The notes under the pieces were generated by a model that saw only the letters and a list, made by a program, of their open reading frames with translations, searched no databases and was not told the DNA's origin. The position numbers and the translations under genes are program-made. Of a DNA stretch of 64,000 bases, positions 59,209 to 64,000 are shown one piece after another. Each line of letters opens with the position of its first letter. The stretch's first letter is position 1. This stretch comes from an uncultured Gammaproteobacteria bacterium (GTDB lineage Bacteria; Patescibacteriota; Microgenomatia; Woykebacterales; RBG-16-39-9b), in assembly GCA_965231125.1 (NCBI GenBank), contig OZ246414.1:209739-273738 (forward strand), in the 5' to 3' direction.

Positions 59209-59468
59209 TACCAGAAAGCGGGTCCTTTTGTGTCTAGATATATCAGAAGGCCAAAAACGCCGACCAGTCCCCAGCAGGTGAAATATCGGGCCGTTACTTC
59301 CACTTCTCCAGGATGAGCAGCGAAGAAGCCTCCACCTCTAATCCCCAAATCCGCCAACATGTAGGCAGTGGCGAAAAAGAGACGGAACCCTCCTCCCCAA
59401 ATTAGTCCTGACTGAAACGAAGTCATGGTCCATAGACCACGCAGGAAACTGCCGTCACTAAGGTTCAT
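59199..59468 (-). CDS. small Gly-rich membrane protein (possibly GlsB/YeaQ/YmgE-like)
   Basis: Perfect SD AAGGAGGTG 5 nt before the ATG and an upstream TATAAT; 89 aa. Confidence 0.5.
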   Translation of the reverse strand: MNLSDGSFLRGLWTMTSFQSGLIWGGGFRLFFATAYMLADLGIRGGGFFAAHPGEVEVTARYFTCWGLVGVFGLLIYLDTKGPAFWYHR

Positions 59469-59593
59469 CTCTCACCTCCTTGCGGTATATTATAGCACAG
59501 AAAAGCAAACTATAGGTTGACTTCGGTGAGATTTTTATGTATGATAACGAAACTAATTTTGGCAGATAAGCTTTAAATGAAAGGAGACAAAAA

Positions 59594-59917
59594 ATGCCCA
59601 CTAACTGGCCCATTTATCTGTGCCTCTATGGGTCGGGGAAACCGAAGTTCCGACTGGACACGATGACTCCTGAAGAGGTCGAAACTTTGGCGTCCTTGAT
59701 GACTCACCACTACGAACCTTTCACTACTGCCATAAGGGTGAAAATCGACGGGGGAGTGTCGCGAGTAAATCCAGAAGCTGACCGATTAGCGAGGTCAAAG
59801 GGAATTCATATCGGTCCTTACCACCGAGGCTCAATGAACATAGGTTTAGGCATTTCAGATCTGTCAAAGATACCTCAGCTAGTCAAGGATCTAAAAGAGG
59901 TACTTGGCATGATCTAG
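59594..59917 (+). CDS. hypothetical protein
   Basis: 107 aa with a GGAGAC RBS. Confidence 0.45.
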   Translation: MPTNWPIYLCLYGSGKPKFRLDTMTPEEVETLASLMTHHYEPFTTAIRVKIDGGVSRVNPEADRLARSKGIHIGPYHRGSMNIGLGISDLSKIPQLVKDLKEVLGMI

Positions 59918-59988
59918 TGATAACCACATTGGCGAGCTGTCTGAATAATTTAGGCAGCTCGCCTCTTTTTTATGCTAAACTCACACTT

Positions 59989-60936
59989 ATGAAAAAACTT
60001 TTGGCCGTTGTTGGGCCGACGGCAACTGGTAAAACAGATTTAGCGATTTCTCTTGCGAAAAAATTTAACGGCGAAATTGTCTCCGCGGATTCACGGCAGA
60101 TTTACAAAGGGATGGATATTGGGACCGGGAAGGAATTAAGTCAAAAGTCAAAAGTCAAAAGTCAAAAATTCGAAAAACACAAAGGATATTGGGTTGTTGA
60201 GGGGATACCAATTTATCTTTATGATGTTATCAATCCAGACGAGAGTTTTTCAGTGGCGGAGTACCAACAGCTTGCTTACGAAAAAATTGCAAAGATTCAC
60301 GAAAAAGAAAAATTGCCAATATTAGTTGGTGGGACCGGTTTGTACACAAGATCTGTACTACAAGGTTTGAAGATACCTCAAGTTGCGCCGGATAATAATT
60401 TAAGAAAAAAATTAGAAAAAAAACCACTCGGAATCCTTCTTAAAGAGTTGGAAGAGGTGGACTATAAAGCTTATCAAAAAATTGATAAATCCAACCCTCG
60501 TCGAGTTATACGAGCGCTTGAAGTTTATTTAAAAACAGGTAGAACTATATCGGAACTCGCAGCAAAATTTAAGCCGAACTTTGAAAGTCTTGTGGTTGGC
60601 CTTTCGGCCCCGCGCGAAGTTTTATATGAAAAAGCGGATAAAAGAGTGGAACTTTGGTTTAAAACAGGTTTTGTCGATGAGGTACGAGAGCTTTTGAAAA
60701 AGTATTCCTCGGATTTACCATCGATAAACTCTTTGGGTTATCGGCAGGCAGTTTCGTACCTCCAAAACAAAATTTCACTCCCGGAGGCTATCCAAAGAAC
60801 AAAATTTGATCATCACGGTTACATCCGCCGGCAACTGACTTGGTTTAGAAAAGAGAGGGTTGAATGGTTTGATGTCGGCCGTCCAGGATTCGAAAAAGAA
60901 ATTTACAGAAAAGTGCGGGAATGGATTAAAGACTAA
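59989..60936 (+). CDS. miaA: tRNA dimethylallyltransferase
   Basis: P-loop GPTATGKT. ATG 59989 is preferred over the track start 59917. Contains a (GTCAAAA)4 repeat. Confidence 0.9.
   Translation: MKKLLAVVGPTATGKTDLAISLAKKFNGEIVSADSRQIYKGMDIGTGKELSQKSKVKSQKFEKHKGYWVVEGIPIYLYDVINPDESFSVAEYQQLAYEKIAKIHEKEKLPILVGGTGLYTRSVLQGLKIPQVAPDNNLRKKLEKKPLGILLKELEEVDYKAYQKIDKSNPRRVIRALEVYLKTGRTISELAAKFKPNFESLVVGLSAPREVLYEKADKRVELWFKTGFVDEVRELLKKYSSDLPSINSLGYRQAVSYLQNKISLPEAIQRTKFDHHGYIRRQLTWFRKERVEWFDVGRPGFEKEIYRKVREWIKD
60140..60167 (+). repeat. heptanucleotide tandem repeat (GTCAAAA)x4 inside the miaA CDS
   Basis: Perfect 4 copies, encoding KSKVKSQK. Confidence 0.85.
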
Positions 60937-60984
60937 AATTTGCTTGGAAAGGCGAGTTTCTGCTAAAATTTAACTAGGTTTTCA

Positions 60985-61998
60985 ATGAACGATAAACAAG
61001 TCATCGAAATATCCACAAGAAGCATTCTCAAGGCAGTCGCAATAGTTATATTTCTCTTGGTTGCCTGGAAGATTAAGGGCATTATTTTTGCTTTGATTAT
61101 ATCTATAATTTTGATGAGTGGTTTTTCGGCAGTTGTAGATTGGTTTGTAGAAAGAGGGATCAATAGAGTTATCGCCGTTGTCCTTTCGTATATTATTGCA
61201 ATTGGGCTTTTAGGACTTATCCTCTTCATTATCCTACCGCCGCTTATTATTCAAACTAGTGAGTTTTTTAAAGATCTTCCACTTTACGTTAATACTCTTT
61301 CGGAAAATCTGAATAAATATCATATATACGTTTCAATAGATACCGAACACATAACCCAACTCTTATCAACTCGGATAGAAACCATATTGAACGAAACATT
61401 AAATATTATCCTTAATGTCTTCACGGGCTTTTTGACATTTGTTACTGTGGCCGTTCTCACTTTCTACCTGCTTTTGGAAAAAGACAAAATCAAAAGGAAT
61501 ATGTTTGTTCTCTTTCCGCATCTTCCAAAAGAGCGGGTGACAAGTTTGGTTAATAAAATTGATGAAAAGTTAGGCGCTTGGGTACGCGGTGAGTTTATCC
61601 TTATGGTGATAATTGGTACGGCTAGTTGGATTGGCCTCTCTCTTCTTCGAATTAATTTTGCGCTTCCTTTGGCTGTCTTGGCTGGGTTATTTGAGGCGGT
61701 GGCAATAATTGGACCGATTTTCGCGTCTATCCCCGCAATGATAGTTGCTTTTGTTCAATACGGCACGCCAATTGCAGTTGTCGGTGTTGCGCTTCTTTAC
61801 TTCCTAATCCAACAGTTTGAAAATAATTTATTAGTGCCTAAAGTTATGCAGAAAGCAGTCGGGGTGCATCCGCTCGCTGTTATACTTTCTTTGCTAATTG
61901 GAGGATCGCTTTTTGGGATTTTTGGTGCTGCCTTGGCTGTGCCAATAGCGGCTACAATTCAAGTAATTATCGAAGATATTCATGAGCACAGTGATTGA
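60985..61998 (+). CDS. AI-2E family transporter (PerM/YhhT-like permease)
   Basis: 8-TM topology and length typical of the family. Confidence 0.7.
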   Translation: MNDKQVIEISTRSILKAVAIVIFLLVAWKIKGIIFALIISIILMSGFSAVVDWFVERGINRVIAVVLSYIIAIGLLGLILFIILPPLIIQTSEFFKDLPLYVNTLSENLNKYHIYVSIDTEHITQLLSTRIETILNETLNIILNVFTGFLTFVTVAVLTFYLLLEKDKIKRNMFVLFPHLPKERVTSLVNKIDEKLGAWVRGEFILMVIIGTASWIGLSLLRINFALPLAVLAGLFEAVAIIGPIFASIPAMIVAFVQYGTPIAVVGVALLYFLIQQFENNLLVPKVMQKAVGVHPLAVILSLLIGGSLFGIFGAALAVPIAATIQVIIEDIHEHSD

Positions 61999-62000
61999 CC

Positions 62001-62966
62001 CTACGTAAGTTGGCTGGTAGTAAGAACCACTGCAAAAATAATAAAGCACAGTATCAGCCCCACGCCTATTTTGCTCAAAGAAGTTTTTGAAAAAATTGCG
62101 GCAAGCCCCAACCCACTAATAGCAAAAAGTGTAAGTGTAGAAATTATTAAGAACCCTCTTCCAACTGCAATCGGGTGGAAAATTCCGCCAACGCCAAGAG
62201 CGATTGTTAAGTCTAAAATCGATGCGCCAGTCAAATTACCAACGGATAACATCATATGCCCTTTTATAATAGAACGAATTGTGGTTGCAATTTCCGGGAT
62301 GGAAGTACCAACTGCAATCGGCAGGGCCGCTATTAAAATCGGTGAGATGCCAAAATCGGAGGCCAACACAACAGCCGAATCCACTAAATATTTTGCGCCG
62401 ACTCCTAAAATTATTGCTGCAACTACGAAAAAAATTAAATCTTCAACCCCATCTTCGTGGTCTATAAAGGATCTGATTTTATTGAAGCGAGTTTCTATCT
62501 GATTTAAAATACTTAACTCGCTTTTAGTAACGGAAAATTCCAGAAAAAGATAAACTATCCCGATAGTTAAAAGAAGGAAACTTTGCACCCTGGTTATTTC
62601 CCCACCAAAACCAAGGATTAATATTAGAAGCGTTAAGAAGATAAGAATGTTAAAGGTGCGGCTAAAATAGCCTTTTTGCGGTCGCCCCTGGCTAAAAAGG
62701 AAAATAATTCCAAGAGCCAGGCCTAAATTAGCTATTGGTGAAGCTAACACTGTCCCGAAAGAAATTCCCGGCTCTCTTGAGGTTCCACCAAAAAAAGATA
62801 CAGATGCTTCAGGCAAAGTTGTGGCTAAACTTACAATGGTGGCCCCAACAACTAGTTCTGAGACCCCTAATCTTCTGGCCATCTCAATAGCGATCTCTCC
62901 AATCCAATCGGCCCCCTTAATTATAGCCGCTAAACTTATTACAAAAATTAAAATTTCTGGCAGCAT
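62001..62966 (-). CDS. CaCA-family sodium/calcium exchanger (YrbG-like)
   Basis: Two alpha-repeats (GATIVSLATTLPE; GTSIPEIATT). Confidence 0.8.
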   Translation of the reverse strand: MLPEILIFVISLAAIIKGADWIGEIAIEMARRLGVSELVVGATIVSLATTLPEASVSFFGGTSREPGISFGTVLASPIANLGLALGIIFLFSQGRPQKGYFSRTFNILIFLTLLILILGFGGEITRVQSFLLLTIGIVYLFLEFSVTKSELSILNQIETRFNKIRSFIDHEDGVEDLIFFVVAAIILGVGAKYLVDSAVVLASDFGISPILIAALPIAVGTSIPEIATTIRSIIKGHMMLSVGNLTGASILDLTIALGVGGIFHPIAVGRGFLIISTLTLFAISGLGLAAIFSKTSLSKIGVGLILCFIIFAVVLTTSQLT

Positions 62967-63016
62967 TTAAGCAGTAATATTAGTAACATACTTATTATAC
63001 TAAACTCGACGCCGTG

Positions 63017-63045
63017 TTGAAAACTAAGGCAAAATGTGCTATAGT
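63017..63045 (+). promoter_or_regulatory. promoter TTGAAA-17-TATAGT for rnpB
   Basis: Consensus spacing, 6 nt before the predicted 5' end of the RNase P RNA. Confidence 0.55.
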
Positions 63046-63051
63046 ATGCGG

Positions 63052-63435
63052 GCTTGGAGGTAGATGGGTGATCGCTCCGCCAGTTGGCGGAGAGGAAAGT
63101 CCAGGCAGCAAGCCAACGCCCAACGGACTGTAAGGTCCGACTGGTAACAGCTAGTCCTCGCCCCATTCCTTCGGAATGGGGATCCCAAAAGGGAAAATGA
63201 GGCCAATCTCGAATTGACGAGATTGGAGAGCAACAGAGACGAGTCTCGGCTTTTTTGAGTCGAGGGTGAAACGGGCAATCCTAGGGGCTGCAATCGCCGA
63301 ATCCTGCGTTGACAGTTGGGATAGCAGGGAAGACGCGAGCACTCCGACTAAATCGGAGGAGGTTGACTAAACGTCGACTTCAGATAGATGATCGCCTTAA
63401 AACAGAACCTGGCTTACAAGCTACCTCTAAGCAAC
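63052..63435 (+). ncRNA. rnpB: RNase P RNA, bacterial type A
   Basis: P4 halves AGGAAAGTCCAGGC and ACAGAACCTGGCTTA; P1 pairing CTTGGAGGTAG/CTACCTCTAAG; UUCG-capped stem. Confidence 0.9.
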
Positions 63436-63440
63436 AAAGA

Positions 63441-63470
63441 ACCTCGATTTTAATCGGGGTTTTTTGTTGG
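63441..63470 (+). terminator. terminator hairpin after rnpB
   Basis: CCTCGATTttaAATCGGGG followed by TTTTTTG. Confidence 0.55.
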
Positions 63471-63524
63471 CAAGATTTAGTGCAGCTTCTTGAACACTAG
63501 AGATTTTTCTGAGAAAATACACTT

Positions 63525-64000
63525 ATGGAAGCAAATATTAATCCCCCTCCATCAAAGAACAAGGATTCTCAACAAGAGCCCCAGAAAACTAATAAATTAA
63601 GATGGTTACTACTTGGTCTGTTTATTCTCTTGTTATTACTAATCTCATATGTGGGTTACTTAAAGGTCAAAGAAAAACTCACGCCATCGTACCAACCGGA
63701 TTATGGTCCTTGTGCACCAGGTGGGACGACTTGTTTTGAGGCTGAGGGAAAGGTTAAAGTTGTTAATACCCCGGAGGTTCAAGAATTAATAAAAAAATAT
63801 GGTGTCAACAATGTTCATATAAGAGCGCTTGACATAGACTTAGTGGAAGATATTGAGTTTATAAAGCAGATACATCCTAATTTTAAAGAACAAACAGGCT
63901 GTATTATTATAGTTCATGCTGGTGATGATGGTTATGTTTATCAGGAAGATAAGCAGCTGAATATAATTTACAAAGAGACATTGTCAGAATTCACAGAAAA
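63525..64000 (+). CDS. hypothetical membrane-anchored protein, 3'-truncated by the window edge
   Basis: Open frame from ATG 63525 to the window end (158 codons), N-terminal TM helix. Not listed in the ORF track. Confidence 0.5.
   Translation, partial: MEANINPPPSKNKDSQQEPQKTNKLRWLLLGLFILLLLLISYVGYLKVKEKLTPSYQPDYGPCAPGGTTCFEAEGKVKVVNTPEVQELIKKYGVNNVHIRALDIDLVEDIEFIKQIHPNFKEQTGCIIIVHAGDDGYVYQEDKQLNIIYKETLSEFTE

Noticed and set aside
63039-63500. ORFs 63039..63293, 63151..63342 and 63309..63500
   Set aside because: They fall within the RNase P RNA gene and its terminator.

Overview
This 64-kb window is low-GC (about 40%) and looks like an uncultivated CPR/Patescibacteria-type bacterium. That placement is inferred from a ribosomal super-operon with no L30 gene, zinc-ribbon forms of S14 and L36, and frequent 4-nt gene overlaps.

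It is dominated by a nearly colinear housekeeping block: rpoB-rpoC, then rpsL-rpsG-fusA-tuf, then the S10/spc/alpha super-operon running rpsJ to rplQ, then rplM-rpsI. A second core block carries recA, recX, rny-ymdB, hup, miaA and a clear RNase P RNA.

Core-embedded features:
- A two-gene surface module pairs a cupredoxin-like protein that has lost its Cys ligand with a 696-aa Ig-like/FN3 repeat protein.
- A hicBA toxin-antitoxin pair sits between the malic enzyme and Glu/Leu dehydrogenase genes.
- A lone, moderately GC-rich fabF lies next to a zur-znuACB operon whose promoter carries a perfect palindromic Zur-box-like operator.
- A tandem array of three and a half covarying 25-nt hairpins lies between rpsJ and rplC.
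- The rpoB leader contains terminator-like attenuators.
- rpsL has a consensus promoter placed for leaderless transcription.

The most unusual region is 44.1-48.6 kb, beside a tRNA-Pro(GGG) gene. Here a family of at least five related repeats (core GG-Y-Y-GGCCTT-R-W-T-R-G) delimits small single-gene or toxin-antitoxin cassettes. The cassettes carry a DoxX-like protein, Doc plus a candidate antitoxin, a strongly GC-rich DUF1801 gene flanked by a 15-bp direct repeat, and a PAP2 phosphatase with a PIN/AbrB pair. A 5' fragment of a tyrosine recombinase ends exactly at one repeat, and the repeats share 8 nt with the tRNA 3' end. I interpret this as an integron-like or serially integrated cassette array.

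All calls are made by eye from the sequence and the six-frame ORF track; no database search was run.
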